Part shown: positions 9,698 through 23,214 of the stretch, piece by piece | Layout of the letters: every line of letters begins with the position of its first letter | How positions within the stretch are numbered: position 1 is the first letter of the stretch | From: Enterobacteria phage vB_EcoM_IME281 | Direction: 5' to 3' (one strand) | DNA length: 64,000 nucleotides | Sequence record: MH051913 | Notes under the pieces: generated by a model | What the model was told of the DNA's origin: nothing | Databases searched by the model: none | What the model saw: the letters and a program-made list of their open reading frames with translations, nothing else | Position numbers and translations under genes: made by a program

Positions 9698-11680
9698 TTA
9701 TACTAAAGGTCCAATCAATTCATCAAAATCAGCACCAGTGCTCGTTGCAACGAAGTTCAACGTGATGTAGTTAATAGAACGGGCCGGTTTAACGTAGATA
9801 TTAGCAATAAACTCATTACGGTCGATAACCGCAGGGGTGTTCACTGTAGTATCACAAACCACACGTCCTTCATAAATCCCACCAAGTGCCTTAATACCAT
9901 CTAAGTACTGAGAAACTTCCATACGGAAGCTTGAACGAGTGAAGTTGTCGTTCAATTCAAACAGTTTATATTTAGAGGCATCACCGATATTTTTCTTAAG
10001 CATGTTGAACAGACGGCGAACGTTAATGTGGTCCATCGGAGATGGAACTTTGGTTGCAGTCTTATCACCAAACAATACGAAACCATCGCCACCAGCAAAA
10101 CCAACAACTGGGTTAATAGCTTCTTGGTACATGCGGTCACGTTGAGCTTGGCGCGGTTCAATTGCCAATTTCAGAACGTTAAGAATCTGGCCACGGTTAT
10201 AACCTGCCGGAGACATCCAAGGCTGAGAAACATCATCAGTACGTGCACACAAACCAGCCATATCAGCGGCCAGAGGCACCCAACGGTTTACGTCATTATA
10301 TTTGTCATACTGATATTTATAGTTACCATCAATAGCAGCATAAGTGGTGCTAATGTTCATGTTGTTGGTATCGAAAGTACCTGCACCGGTACGCCAGTCG
10401 ATAAGATTATCTACTGCACGAGTCAATGGAACGTTAACCAACAGTCCTTTAGGAGGAGAAATAAATGCCAAGCAATCCTGACGTTCATCAGCAATACTAA
10501 CAACGTGTTTCTGGACGGTAGAAGCAACTTCATCACCTTCACCGGCAACGGCACCAGCAATCAAAAGGTTAATATGGAGTGCTTCACGGTCGGCAAACAA
10601 ATCCCAACCCTGCATCAAATCACTCGCAGTAACCTGATCGTTAGCAGATACACCACCCATAAGATTGATGATACCACTAAAACCGGCCGGCCAGTTCAGA
10701 GAGGTAGCGAAGATATAGTTCGAAGTGCCTTTAGCGAAATAATCATCCAGATAGATGTTATTACCGTAAACGTCTTTTTCGCCTTCTTTGGTAGAAAGTA
10801 CGACGGATTCTACGATTGCACCATCACGACGAACAATAATAGCATACTGGTTATCGGACTGAGGGCCGTAGTTGAATACCGCTTTAGCTACAGAAGCACG
10901 AGTACCACCGTTTGGATAAATATCCAACATTTTAGTAGAACCAGCATCATAAGCCGCTTTAGAAACAATTTCAACTTCCAGAGTACTACCAATTTCACCA
11001 GGATAAAGGGCGACCACACCAGGCATACCAAACTGTTTAAGAGATGCTTGGAACTCCAGGGAAGTAATAGCTTCTTCACTGTTCTCTGCTTCAGTCAACA
11101 GAATACCGGAATCGGTTACAATTTTACCGACAGTAATAGTACCAGAAACACCGGAAGAGGCAGAAGTAACTTCAGCAGTCCACGCAGGGCCTAGGTTCGG
11201 ATACTGGTTAACAGAACGAGCATAAGAAATAATCTTGCCGGTAGGAATAAACACTGATAGAATTTTACCGTCTGTATCGACCGAAGTTACACGACCTTCA
11301 GATTCAACAACAGTCTGGTTATATTTGATATTAATTTTATCGCCTACCGCATAGTTAGAACCTGCAGTAGTAATAGTGGTTTGGACGTTACCCGCTACCG
11401 GAGACGCGTTTTTAGCGAATTCACGGTTAACAACACGAACAGTACGAAGGTCGTTACCATACTGGAGGAAGTTCATACCCGACATGAAGTAATCAGCAAC
11501 TTCGTTATTAGGACCTCCAAATAAGTCGACCAGTTCAACTTCATTAGTAATCTGAGTTACCTGGAAAGCAGGGCCCCACTGGAATTTACCAACCAGCGCT
11601 GCACGACCCGTTGCGTTACGAACGACAGTACTCTGTACGGACGTTTCTTTGAGCTCAATGCCCGGTGATAATAAAGACAT
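9698..11680 (-). CDS. 18: gp18 contractile tail sheath protein
   Basis: 660 aa; N-terminus MSLLSPGIELKETSVQSTVV… and long blocks match recalled T4 gp18. Confidence 0.95.
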   Translation of the reverse strand: MSLLSPGIELKETSVQSTVVRNATGRAALVGKFQWGPAFQVTQITNEVELVDLFGGPNNEVADYFMSGMNFLQYGNDLRTVRVVNREFAKNASPVAGNVQTTITTAGSNYAVGDKINIKYNQTVVESEGRVTSVDTDGKILSVFIPTGKIISYARSVNQYPNLGPAWTAEVTSASSGVSGTITVGKIVTDSGILLTEAENSEEAITSLEFQASLKQFGMPGVVALYPGEIGSTLEVEIVSKAAYDAGSTKMLDIYPNGGTRASVAKAVFNYGPQSDNQYAIIVRRDGAIVESVVLSTKEGEKDVYGNNIYLDDYFAKGTSNYIFATSLNWPAGFSGIINLMGGVSANDQVTASDLMQGWDLFADREALHINLLIAGAVAGEGDEVASTVQKHVVSIADERQDCLAFISPPKGLLVNVPLTRAVDNLIDWRTGAGTFDTNNMNISTTYAAIDGNYKYQYDKYNDVNRWVPLAADMAGLCARTDDVSQPWMSPAGYNRGQILNVLKLAIEPRQAQRDRMYQEAINPVVGFAGGDGFVLFGDKTATKVPSPMDHINVRRLFNMLKKNIGDASKYKLFELNDNFTRSSFRMEVSQYLDGIKALGGIYEGRVVCDTTVNTPAVIDRNEFIANIYVKPARSINYITLNFVATSTGADFDELIGPLV

Positions 11681-11709
11681 TTTGAATCCTCTTGGTTATG
11701 CTTTATTGT

Positions 11710-14019
<2,310 letters not shown>

Positions 14020-14023
<4 letters not shown>

Positions 14024-14889
14024 GGGTTTCTCCTTGGTGCTGGAGGCGCTGGCTCGACAGGCACTGGAATATCTTGTGAATATGTTTGAATGGACTTACC
14101 GTCCCATTCTTTTTCTTCTACATCTCTAGGAACCACTTCGCTATCAACCGATTCGAAATTACCTTCAGGAGCGAGTTCCTTTGAGTTGGCAAAGAAATCA
14201 AGATAAATGGTTTTAATTTCGCCTTCCATTTCTTTAACTGGAGGATATAACCACCCGTTAACCTCAAACATCATGGACCATTCTAAACGACGACGTGAAG
14301 TGGTATCGCCTTCTAATTGTTCGTCCATTGCAATAGACTGGAACACAATACGAATATCACGGTCAAATTTAATCTCGTTTGTATAGAGTTCAGTGATTGT
14401 TGTATTAAAGTGAGGTTGGAAATAAGGCATAATCTGTTCCACAATTTGGAACATATCATCTTGGGTTCTAGTGTAAATACCCAGTTCGAAAATCATTTTT
14501 ACTGGAGTAGGAGAATATTGGCTAACTCGTTTTCTCGGGTCACCATTCTCAAATTGGATTTGTGTTCTGTTCTGAAGAGCTGTTTTGTATTGTGAGTTAT
14601 AAAGCATATCAACCATTTGAAGGTTCATACGTGGAAGAACCGTTTCCACTTTAGCCTTTTGTTCAGCTCGTTCTTTAGGAGACATATTAGGATTTGGAAT
14701 ATTCTGTACTGCCGTCCATTTACCCAAATTTGCCATAAATCTTTCTTTAGAAGCATACGTAATAGGAACCTTAATAAATTTAAGTCCTGTATCTTCTCTT
14801 TGACGTGCTACTTGAACATGGGAAAATAAATCACCCATCAAAACAATATAGCGACGTAGCGAACTATTATACCAATGTCCAAACATCAA
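14020..14889 (-). CDS. 15: gp15 tail sheath stabiliser/terminator
   Basis: 289 aa; synteny 13-14-15-16. Confidence 0.8.
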
Positions 14890-14899
14890 ACCTCCTAAA

Positions 14900-14918
14900 A
14901 TGGCGCACCATGCGCCAT
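14900..14918 (-). promoter_or_regulatory. Hairpin (atggcgca…tgcgccat) between gp14 and gp15, immediately 5' of the gp15 SD
   Basis: 8-bp perfect inverted repeat; AGGAGG SD follows on the minus strand. Confidence 0.4.
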
Positions 14919-14925
14919 GTATTAT

Positions 14926-15699
14926 TTAATCATCTAAAAAAGCATCATCAAATGCTGTAGGAGGAGCATCCTCTCCTCGTCCATTAATTACAACATAAGG
15001 ATGTACGAATTCCGCCGCTTCAGCATTAATCTCATTGACCTCTTCATATTGAATGTCGGAGATATCAGCCAATCCGTCGATATTCTTAACAGGCATTAAA
15101 TCAAGCTCACTAAACTCAGGGATATTAATACCTTCATTTCTCTGTAATTCAGGGCGAAGTTCTTCACCATTGTAAATGAACTTGGTAGCGGTGATGCGCC
15201 GCTGGACGTTAGCTCCTACTTGATAGAATGGGTCGTAAGGTTGTACCCAGTTAATTTCGAATAGGCTGTTGTCCATTGGGAAATAAATCAAATCACCTGA
15301 AACAGGTTCAGTGCCATTGCATTGATGTTTAAAAAGGTTAGGGTTAATTGTGATTGTTACTTCATCATTAACCATCATACCGAACTTACTGAAATAAGTA
15401 TTGTCACCGGAATAACCTTCAAAGGAATCCAAATAACCTGCAAATTTCCAGGCTTTAGTAAATTTGTTCTGAAGGTCTTCGCCAAATAGCTGGTCTGGAT
15501 TAACGTATTCACGTGGTATATAATAAAGCTCAATACCACGCATTTGAATAGACTCAGCAACTAAAGCATCAGCCAATGTTTGGGTATTCTCATGCTTGTA
15601 GAAGTTGACGAACGGATTCATTATTTCAGTTTCGTTCGTGTTAGCATAGCCAGTATTATTTTCCAGCTTGGCAAATAAACTCGAATCGAAAGTAGCCAT
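14926..15699 (-). CDS. 14: gp14 neck protein
   Basis: 257 aa; synteny. Confidence 0.8.
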   Translation of the reverse strand: MATFDSSLFAKLENNTGYANTNETEIMNPFVNFYKHENTQTLADALVAESIQMRGIELYYIPREYVNPDQLFGEDLQNKFTKAWKFAGYLDSFEGYSGDNTYFSKFGMMVNDEVTITINPNLFKHQCNGTEPVSGDLIYFPMDNSLFEINWVQPYDPFYQVGANVQRRITATKFIYNGEELRPELQRNEGINIPEFSELDLMPVKNIDGLADISDIQYEEVNEINAEAAEFVHPYVVINGRGEDAPPTAFDDAFLDD

Positions 15700-15701
15700 A
15701 A

Positions 15702-16637
15702 TTATCCAATTAAAATAGGTGTTGGTGGGTCGAGTAAATCTAATTCTTCGCGAAGGCGTTCTTTTTCTAAACGAGCTTCTTCAATCAATCGAATACCATC
15801 TACAGTGGTTCCACCCGCAAGTTGCATGCCTTGGTGTTTGGCCAAAATATTACCATTGACTTCTTTAACCAATGCCGTCGCATAATCTTTGACCCAACGG
15901 TTATTATATGAACCATCTTGCAAACCAAGGTCTTCACCTGCCCTCATACCTGAAATACGACGAGCCGGGTTATCCCAAATAGCTCCAGGGCTCCATTCAT
16001 TTTCGTCGCACCCACCAGAGGCATATCCATATCCTGCAGTATTTCCTACCATAGAATCAACCCCATTAAAAGAGCGAGTATAAACTTCAATTACAATAAA
16101 ATCGCCTTTAACAAAGTTACCCATTACCTTCAACTGTTCAGTGGCATCGTTATACCAATAATCAGGCAATGGAACCAAAAGGTCCTGCATCATAGAACGA
16201 TATTGCATTAATTGTGTAAAATACCCGAGGTCAGCACCAAAGGCATTAGGCCCAAAGCTGTTACAAGAAGTTCCAAGACCGCCGTTAATACCAGCTAGGC
16301 CTAATACAAAATCAGTAAACCATGGATAAGTCGCTTGGCCATCCATAGATGTTAAAGAACCTACATTAGTTCTTAAAATTTGTGTTACTGCAAATATATT
16401 ACGGCCTTTAAGGTCAAATACGCCGTTACGGAATTTTTCTTCGTCATCATGGCCTATATAAAAAGCCTGATAACCTTTGTTATAGCCGTTATAATGATAC
16501 TCACCGTAGAGCTCCAGGGCGCGCTGGATGCAATCGTATACTTGGTCTGTAGTTACTTCAATATTCGTAATCGGTGCACCCAGGCGGCGCAGGATTGCGT
16601 CCTTGAGTTGCTTAGGGTTATATGATTCACTTGCCAT
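15702..16637 (-). CDS. 13: gp13 neck protein
   Basis: 311 aa; synteny. Confidence 0.8.
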   Translation of the reverse strand: MASESYNPKQLKDAILRRLGAPITNIEVTTDQVYDCIQRALELYGEYHYNGYNKGYQAFYIGHDDEEKFRNGVFDLKGRNIFAVTQILRTNVGSLTSMDGQATYPWFTDFVLGLAGINGGLGTSCNSFGPNAFGADLGYFTQLMQYRSMMQDLLVPLPDYWYNDATEQLKVMGNFVKGDFIVIEVYTRSFNGVDSMVGNTAGYGYASGGCDENEWSPGAIWDNPARRISGMRAGEDLGLQDGSYNNRWVKDYATALVKEVNGNILAKHQGMQLAGGTTVDGIRLIEEARLEKERLREELDLLDPPTPILIG

Positions 16638-16658
16638 GGTTTATTCCTCTAATAACCG

Positions 16659-16666
16659 TATTTATA
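16659..16666 (-). promoter_or_regulatory. Late promoter box TATAAATA upstream of gp13
   Basis: Plus-strand TATTTATA about 22 nt upstream of the start. Confidence 0.5.
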
Positions 16667-16671
16667 GCAAA

Positions 16672-16689
16672 AAAGGGCCGAAGCCCTTT
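16672..16689 (-). terminator. UUCG hairpin + T-run terminator after wac
   Basis: aaagggc-cgaa-gcccttt on plus strand (agggc-uucg-gcccu on the transcript). Confidence 0.55.
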
Positions 16690-16691
16690 TA

Positions 16692-18281
16692 TTATGGTGC
16701 TGGGTTTAAAGTCACAAAATCTGACAATAGCACCCACGCATTATCAACAAGAACATATGGAAGTCCATCAGCAACTGGAGCCACTGGTGGACGTTTAGCA
16801 AGTTCAGTTTCTAATGCAGTGATTTTATCTTCTGCTGTAGTAACTCTAGAAGTTAAAGCTGCCACATTACCATCGGTAACAACTAAATCAGCTTTAACGG
16901 TCCCTATTTCAGTAGAAACGTTAGGAACTTCGGTCCACGTAGCATTACGACGAGCATAAAGCTTACCATCGGAAGGGGCATCATTCAACTTACCTAACAT
17001 CTGGGTTTCTAAAGAAGTAACCGCGTTAATAAGACCACGTTCTTCTACAGTAGTACCGTTAGGGTTTGTCCCGTCAACCTTATTGGTGAGTTTAAGTAAA
17101 GTACCCTTAATACCGGATTGGTTATTTCCAATTTCTACTTGAATATCCTGGATAGATGAAGTAGATTGGTTTGCTTGGATAATAACGTCATTTAAACGCT
17201 TATTAATGGTCCCAGCTGCCGGAGATACTTCACTACCTAAACGGCGGTTGATATCAGTAACTTGGAAACGTAAGCCATCACTTGAACTAACACCCACTAT
17301 GGTTTTAAGGTCATTTACATCAGTACGAAGACCGCTTAAACGTCCATTAATAGAAGTAGGAGTTGATTCAGAACCTATTTGGGTTTCAATTGATGTTACA
17401 CGAGGTTTTAAATCAACGTTGACTGAATTTTCTAGGGTAAGAGTTTTGCTTTCTAAAGTAGTTACTCGGTCCTTTATAGGCATACCGGAGAAATCAATAT
17501 TAGTCTTAATTTCGTCGATAGATGTATTGAAATTAATTGCAGCCGTTTCTAATACAGAAATTCGGGTATAAGCCTGTTGTTTACCTACCGTATCGGAATG
17601 GGGCCCGAGTTCAGCACGAATTTCATTTAATTTAATACCTAGTTGCCCGACGTCAGAATCTTCATAATTCCTTTCAAGGGTATCAATGCGAAGACGATGG
17701 TCGACCAATTGAGTGGTATTATCAATGATGCGACGTTTCATACCGGTGGCTTCGCTGGTTTCACCAGGAGGCAACGGATTACCATTTATATCCTGGTTTT
17801 CATAATGACCTATTTCGGTTTTAAGAAGAACAATATTTTCACGTACAGTTAAATATGGGCCATCTTGTAAAGGGTCATGGTAACCAACGTCTTCTTTTAG
17901 GTGGTCTAAATTTATGGTTAAATTGTTTAGCCCAGTAGTGGTTTCGCCTTCTACTCTCTTAAGCTCTACGATATCAACACGGTTTTTCTCAATTTGTTGG
18001 ATGACGGAAATATCCGTAGCCATTTCTAAGGCATCATTGATATTATTAACGTTTTCTACCAGTTCGTTAACTTTATCTGCGGTTTTCAAATCATTCGCAT
18101 CAAGAGCTTCAACGTTTTTCTGAACTCCTAAAGCAGCAGCGTTCAAATTACCTTCATTGCCGTATTTTGTTTTTGCTGCAGACATACAATCACCCTCGCG
18201 TATCCATTGGATACGCTTTTGAGGAGCATCAGGTACGCCGTCAACAAATGGTAACTCACTAAGTTCCAATTTGTTAATCAT
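16692..18281 (-). CDS. wac: Fibritin (whisker/neck antigen), coiled-coil with foldon-like C-terminus
   Basis: 529 aa; heptad-rich; C-terminal …LPYVLVDNAWVLLSDFV resembles the T4 foldon. Confidence 0.8.
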   Translation of the reverse strand: MINKLELSELPFVDGVPDAPQKRIQWIREGDCMSAAKTKYGNEGNLNAAALGVQKNVEALDANDLKTADKVNELVENVNNINDALEMATDISVIQQIEKNRVDIVELKRVEGETTTGLNNLTINLDHLKEDVGYHDPLQDGPYLTVRENIVLLKTEIGHYENQDINGNPLPPGETSEATGMKRRIIDNTTQLVDHRLRIDTLERNYEDSDVGQLGIKLNEIRAELGPHSDTVGKQQAYTRISVLETAAINFNTSIDEIKTNIDFSGMPIKDRVTTLESKTLTLENSVNVDLKPRVTSIETQIGSESTPTSINGRLSGLRTDVNDLKTIVGVSSSDGLRFQVTDINRRLGSEVSPAAGTINKRLNDVIIQANQSTSSIQDIQVEIGNNQSGIKGTLLKLTNKVDGTNPNGTTVEERGLINAVTSLETQMLGKLNDAPSDGKLYARRNATWTEVPNVSTEIGTVKADLVVTDGNVAALTSRVTTAEDKITALETELAKRPPVAPVADGLPYVLVDNAWVLLSDFVTLNPAP

Positions 18282-18290
18282 TTTTTACCC

Positions 18291-19817
18291 TTATTCTACT
18301 TTAATAATAAAAAGAACGGACATTGTCCATGGACGTGTTTCGTTGGCAATAAGACCTTCACTATTCAATGTGGTATGTCCATCACGGTTCCAAGGATCGG
18401 TGGTCTCAAAACCTTCGTTGGTATAATAACTACGGTTATCCCAGTCAAGGCCTTTACGAGTACCAACATATCCGGAGTTAGCGGTGTTACCAAAAGCGCC
18501 ATAGTTATCATGTTCACCAAAACCACCAGCATGTTTATGATAACGTAATGCTTGGGCTTGAACGGAAGATTGCGGGAAAGAACCAACACCATTACCTAAA
18601 CGGGCTTTACCTTTACCGTCTTCTCCTCGGTTACCGGCAATATGCGGGTTAACTTCGCCTTCAGAATATCCACCGACCATGTTAGCGCCACGAGGATATA
18701 ATCCACGGAAATCTGGAATAGCACCCCACCATCCCCAACGCCCACCAACAGCATTTAAATATGCACCACCAGTGTAAGTCCCACCTACACAAGCACGCCA
18801 TTTACCAGGTATATTACCTTCATTGCCACCCCACATGCAAATAGTACCCACCGGAACGCTATCTGATAATTGGTCATGGGTAACAACATCAACACCATTA
18901 CGACGTAATGCTCCATTAACGTTTAAAGTACCCCATATTTCGCCGCCTGAAGTAGAAATAACGTTAGCATTATAAGCCAGCGCCGTATTACCATCGCCTT
19001 GGCCTACAGTAGTAGATAAACGAACCAACCCAATACGTCCAGTATTACCTGTACGAGCTAACAAAGAAGCCGGTGTAACTGCGGCGGTATGGTCGGTACC
19101 ATTAGATACCATATCCCAACCTGCGAGTTTAATAATACCGCTTCGTTCTTCGGTGGAAGTTAATGTGGCTAATCCTGCCGGAGAAATAGCGATACCTACC
19201 GAAAGACTTCCATTACCAACCTCTGCATTGGTCGCTAAACGAACTAAACCTTCATTTGTAGTCGTTGCTGTAGAATAAACCGGTAACGCGGCCGTCGCTG
19301 CACCAATTGCCTGAGATACTTTAAGTGGGGTCATTGCTGTGGTATCATCGGTACCAGCTAATGCGGCAGGTGTAGTTGAAATCTTGATAACGCCTGTGGC
19401 GTTCTCTGTTGATAAACGGTTCTCAAATGTATAATCCATTACCGCTTTCAAAGAAGTTGCTACGATTGCAGCCTGGGGCTCTGTGCCTGCTATAGCTTCA
19501 GCGTTAGTAGCATAACGGGTGATACCTACATAAGTTTCTGTTGCCTGAGTAGGAATATCTAAACGGGCTTTTAAAGTTGCCGGTGTCACTGCACTATAAG
19601 CATCCAGACCATCCATTACTTCTTGTGTTGTGGCAAGACGAATAATGCCTTGGGACGTTTCTGTAGCTGAAGGAACATTACCTGTGACGCCGATTAATGA
19701 AATAGTTGCCAATGCTTCTTGAACATTAGTAATATCAGGCGGGAAATTCGACCCAGTAGGGTCGAATGATTTGAATTCCGATTTATCACTAATGTGTTTT
19801 AGTGTGTTTGTTGACAT
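18291..19817 (-). CDS. 12: gp12 short tail fibre
   Basis: 508 aa; Thr/Ala-rich repeats; synteny 11-12-wac. Confidence 0.8.
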   Translation of the reverse strand: MSTNTLKHISDKSEFKSFDPTGSNFPPDITNVQEALATISLIGVTGNVPSATETSQGIIRLATTQEVMDGLDAYSAVTPATLKARLDIPTQATETYVGITRYATNAEAIAGTEPQAAIVATSLKAVMDYTFENRLSTENATGVIKISTTPAALAGTDDTTAMTPLKVSQAIGAATAALPVYSTATTTNEGLVRLATNAEVGNGSLSVGIAISPAGLATLTSTEERSGIIKLAGWDMVSNGTDHTAAVTPASLLARTGNTGRIGLVRLSTTVGQGDGNTALAYNANVISTSGGEIWGTLNVNGALRRNGVDVVTHDQLSDSVPVGTICMWGGNEGNIPGKWRACVGGTYTGGAYLNAVGGRWGWWGAIPDFRGLYPRGANMVGGYSEGEVNPHIAGNRGEDGKGKARLGNGVGSFPQSSVQAQALRYHKHAGGFGEHDNYGAFGNTANSGYVGTRKGLDWDNRSYYTNEGFETTDPWNRDGHTTLNSEGLIANETRPWTMSVLFIIKVE

Positions 19818-20482
19818 TAATATAATCTCTTATAGTAATATAAAGGAATCGTGCCGTTAACTGTACCACCTGCTAACGATTGGGTAGAGTTACCTAAGTA
19901 TTCCCACTTACCGTATCCAGCCCTTGGCTGTTGGACTATAGTATGGGAAATTGTACAACCCGATTGTTTATATGGTGAAAAAATATGATTCTGATAGTCA
20001 TTGTATTTAATATTCAAGGTAGATTGGTCTAAGGCATCAATAGCAGTTTCGGCCAAAATATAGCTATTAGCAATAGCGTCTAAAAACACATCATTTACTT
20101 TAGATGCAACCAATACAGATGAATCGCCAACTAAGACCTCTACAGGAAGCCCAAACACTTTAATAATAACCGGGTCGCCAAGTTCACCGCCTGAAGAAAT
20201 AGAACCGGTAAATGTAATTTTATCAGATTGCTGGATAAATCCAGGTGCTCTGTTTTCTGTGGTAATAATAACAGAGTTCACAGGAAGCTCTGTTCTAAAT
20301 GCAATATCATCTATTGCACTTTGGACCGTAGGAAAATAAACACCCTTCTGGGTTTGGTTTGCAGAAGGACCACCAATAGGACGTTGGTCAGCGACAGCAG
20401 TAGGCTTGTCACTAGTGTAAGATAATTCCAAATAATCGGCTAAGCGGGATTTTAACCCGCTTTTCATTTCAGTTAAAGTCAT
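19817..20482 (-). CDS. 11: gp11 baseplate wedge / short tail fibre attachment
   Basis: 221 aa; synteny. Confidence 0.8.
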   Translation of the reverse strand: MTLTEMKSGLKSRLADYLELSYTSDKPTAVADQRPIGGPSANQTQKGVYFPTVQSAIDDIAFRTELPVNSVIITTENRAPGFIQQSDKITFTGSISSGGELGDPVIIKVFGLPVEVLVGDSSVLVASKVNDVFLDAIANSYILAETAIDALDQSTLNIKYNDYQNHIFSPYKQSGCTISHTIVQQPRAGYGKWEYLGNSTQSLAGGTVNGTIPLYYYKRLY

Positions 20483-22293
20483 TATGCAATCCTCATCCAG
20501 CGATGAACAGTTAAGTATGGTGGTAGAGTATTAACCGGGATAGGAGTGGTTCCTTGAGCCTTATTAATACTGGCTTTATCTTCACGATATTTTGTATAAG
20601 CCGGTCCTTGTGAATCAGGGTCAACTAAACATCCACCTACAAAAATAGGGCCATCGTTATCAGCAATAAGGACTTTATCATCGGTATTAAGTTCAGGGAT
20701 ATTCTCATATTTCAAATTAGCCACATGAGCGCCACCAGTACCGCCAGCAGTTGACTGTGGAATACCAGCAGAATCCAGATCGTTGTTATTTGCATTAAAC
20801 AAAGAACTAGCGTCAGGAGACCAACCTACCAAGAACACATCAGATAAACGCTTCCATGAACCAAAGCCCATATAAGTTTTAGGGTTATTAGGATTCACCG
20901 TGTTCTCATAGATGGTTCCTATAGGGTAAATTAAATCAAAAAATGTCGATGCCGTATCTATTGTAATATTAGATGGGGCGACAGGTTCAACGTTAGGTGC
21001 AAAAGGATTATCTACATCAGTGATACGAACTTGACCTGTTATATCGATAGAAGGCCCTTTAGAAATATAGATGTTGTTGGTATAATCCAAAATCTCATCA
21101 ATTTCCATGGTGGTACCGATATCATTATTGTACCAAATTACTGTAAGAATATCGCCGTGTTCAAAGTTACGTCCAAATTCAATAGATTCAATCTTGTCTT
21201 CAGGAGTCAAATTAAAAATATAATCTGATTTAGATTGGGTCCATTGACCACCAGCATTAAAACACTCGGTAGCAGTACGACCATCAGCACCTTCACAATA
21301 AAACGAAGGAAGTCCTGCTGTACCCGCTTGATGAAGTAATGTGCTATTAAGCATGACTTGACAAGCATTTGGGTTGATAGGGCTGTTAACAGAAATATTC
21401 AAATCAGCGGCTGATATAACATGCGAAGTATTCAAATCTCCGACGAAAGAAGAACCAGGAACAGAAACGTTTTTAGTCAATTCTGAACTTTGGATTGTTA
21501 TATCACGGCGGTTATAAGAACTACGCCATTGGGCAAGTCCGTCATTATATGATTTGATAATAACAGTATCACCCGCTTCACAAGGATATTTTAAACGGAT
21601 GTCCTTACCATTCAAAGCTACCAATTCGCCTGGTTGAGCACCCGGAGAACCGAACTCTGCGGTAGCGGCGTCAAAAATATCATCAACACCGTAGAACAAA
21701 TTGTTACCGCGTTGTGAAACGCTTAAACTCGCTACGTTATAAGAAAGCCCTGGGAAAATGTCTAGAAAATCTGTTTGGCCTTCAGTGGCAATAAACTGCT
21801 TAGTTGCTACAGTAGCGAGGTCGTTATTTGGAATACGGTTTACTTGCTTATTTTCAACGTATTCCCATCGTCCTGGGGCACAATAAACTAATTCAAGGTC
21901 CGAGAAGTTGCGAGCAATTTCTACTTGAGTAGCTGAACCCTTAATGGTATCACCTGTAGCAGGGATTAGGGTTACTGGGTTAGCTTGCCATGAAGAATAC
22001 ACGTCACGTACACGGATAACAAAGTTATATTCTTCAGGAGAGCCTTTAGGAAGCTGAACGTTAATACGCCCACCTTGGGTATTAAGTGTATAGCTATGAC
22101 CCATTACAGCGTTCAACAAAGCACCGTCTGCAGTAGAATGTTGTTTCCAAGCGCCTGCTGCATGTGGGTTGTTGCCATCACCTAATTGGTAATAAAGCTC
22201 ATTGAAGTTGTTATTAATTTTAAGACCACCTGCGCGCAGGTAATCACCGGACCCGTCATCAACAGCGGAACCTACTTTTAAGTCTTGTTTCAT
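20482..22293 (-). CDS. 10: gp10 baseplate wedge subunit
   Basis: 603 aa; synteny. Confidence 0.85.
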   Translation of the reverse strand: MKQDLKVGSAVDDGSGDYLRAGGLKINNNFNELYYQLGDGNNPHAAGAWKQHSTADGALLNAVMGHSYTLNTQGGRINVQLPKGSPEEYNFVIRVRDVYSSWQANPVTLIPATGDTIKGSATQVEIARNFSDLELVYCAPGRWEYVENKQVNRIPNNDLATVATKQFIATEGQTDFLDIFPGLSYNVASLSVSQRGNNLFYGVDDIFDAATAEFGSPGAQPGELVALNGKDIRLKYPCEAGDTVIIKSYNDGLAQWRSSYNRRDITIQSSELTKNVSVPGSSFVGDLNTSHVISAADLNISVNSPINPNACQVMLNSTLLHQAGTAGLPSFYCEGADGRTATECFNAGGQWTQSKSDYIFNLTPEDKIESIEFGRNFEHGDILTVIWYNNDIGTTMEIDEILDYTNNIYISKGPSIDITGQVRITDVDNPFAPNVEPVAPSNITIDTASTFFDLIYPIGTIYENTVNPNNPKTYMGFGSWKRLSDVFLVGWSPDASSLFNANNNDLDSAGIPQSTAGGTGGAHVANLKYENIPELNTDDKVLIADNDGPIFVGGCLVDPDSQGPAYTKYREDKASINKAQGTTPIPVNTLPPYLTVHRWMRIA

Positions 22294-23153
22294 TATACTG
22301 GAACTCCAATAGTTTGGGTTTCTACGACCTTAATTGCAAGCCTCATAGGATTGACAGAAGAAGCAGTCGCGATAATATAGTTTGATGTATCGAATTTAAA
22401 ATCTAGAGAATAAATTTCGTCATCATCTGAAGTTTGTCCACGTTTAATAACTGCGTATTCAGTGGAATAAATCTTTTTAGCTTGGTTGTCAATAAACACA
22501 AGATATTCCGAAGCTTTGTAAATGGTTTCGTTGGCATTCACTGCAGTAACTAAAAGTTTGACCAATGAATACTGACCTGAATAAACCAGTGGGATATCAC
22601 GAGCGACAGAAGATATATTATATGTCTTATTTAATGGAACTCGTTTATCACCAAACATGCTTTCAATTGAATAATCCCATACCGCAACACCGTTTGTATC
22701 TGATACACACCATAAAAGAACTCGGGTATAAGGTGTTACAATACGCAGGGTTGAAGTAGGGTGACTTGCAAAAGTATCTAATATACGGATTTCAAGATAG
22801 TTGGTAGATGAAATACTTCCATTAGAGTTGATAATCTCAATTCCTTCACCAACTGCACCCTTTACGGTGGTTAATACGATAGAACCGCTAGAAGCATCAA
22901 TATCCACCAAAGAGCCTAAATCAACCGAGCTTGCTTGGTCCATATCACCAAATTTTTGATAATAACCTGTAGCGTGTAATTTCTGGCCGGTCAATTCGCC
23001 GGTTAAAGCAGTTTTACGTTGGTCGCCGAAAGTATTATAGATGTTGTTTAAGTCAGTGTTCAGTTTAACACCGCCGTCATAAAGAATGTCGCCGGTGCTG
23101 GCATTACCAATTTCACCGACGTCAATTAGTTCTTTACCAGTTTGCTTAATCAT
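22293..23153 (-). CDS. 9: gp9 baseplate wedge / long tail fibre connector
   Basis: 286 aa; synteny. Confidence 0.8.
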   Translation of the reverse strand: MIKQTGKELIDVGEIGNASTGDILYDGGVKLNTDLNNIYNTFGDQRKTALTGELTGQKLHATGYYQKFGDMDQASSVDLGSLVDIDASSGSIVLTTVKGAVGEGIEIINSNGSISSTNYLEIRILDTFASHPTSTLRIVTPYTRVLLWCVSDTNGVAVWDYSIESMFGDKRVPLNKTYNISSVARDIPLVYSGQYSLVKLLVTAVNANETIYKASEYLVFIDNQAKKIYSTEYAVIKRGQTSDDDEIYSLDFKFDTSNYIIATASSVNPMRLAIKVVETQTIGVPV

Positions 23154-23195
23154 AGGTATGCCTCATTATTGATATACTGTATTTATTAAACCCGA

Positions 23196-23213
23196 AAGGG
23201 CCTTGCGGCCCTT
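23196..23213 (-). terminator. Hairpin agggcc-ttgc-ggccct between gp8 and gp9
   Basis: 6-bp GC-rich stem; adjacent late-promoter-like TAATAAATA on the minus strand. Confidence 0.45.
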
Positions 23214-23214
23214 A

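Noticed and set aside
10028-11194. 388-aa plus-strand ORF
   Set aside because: Antisense within the tail sheath gene gp18; no SD or promoter; artefact.
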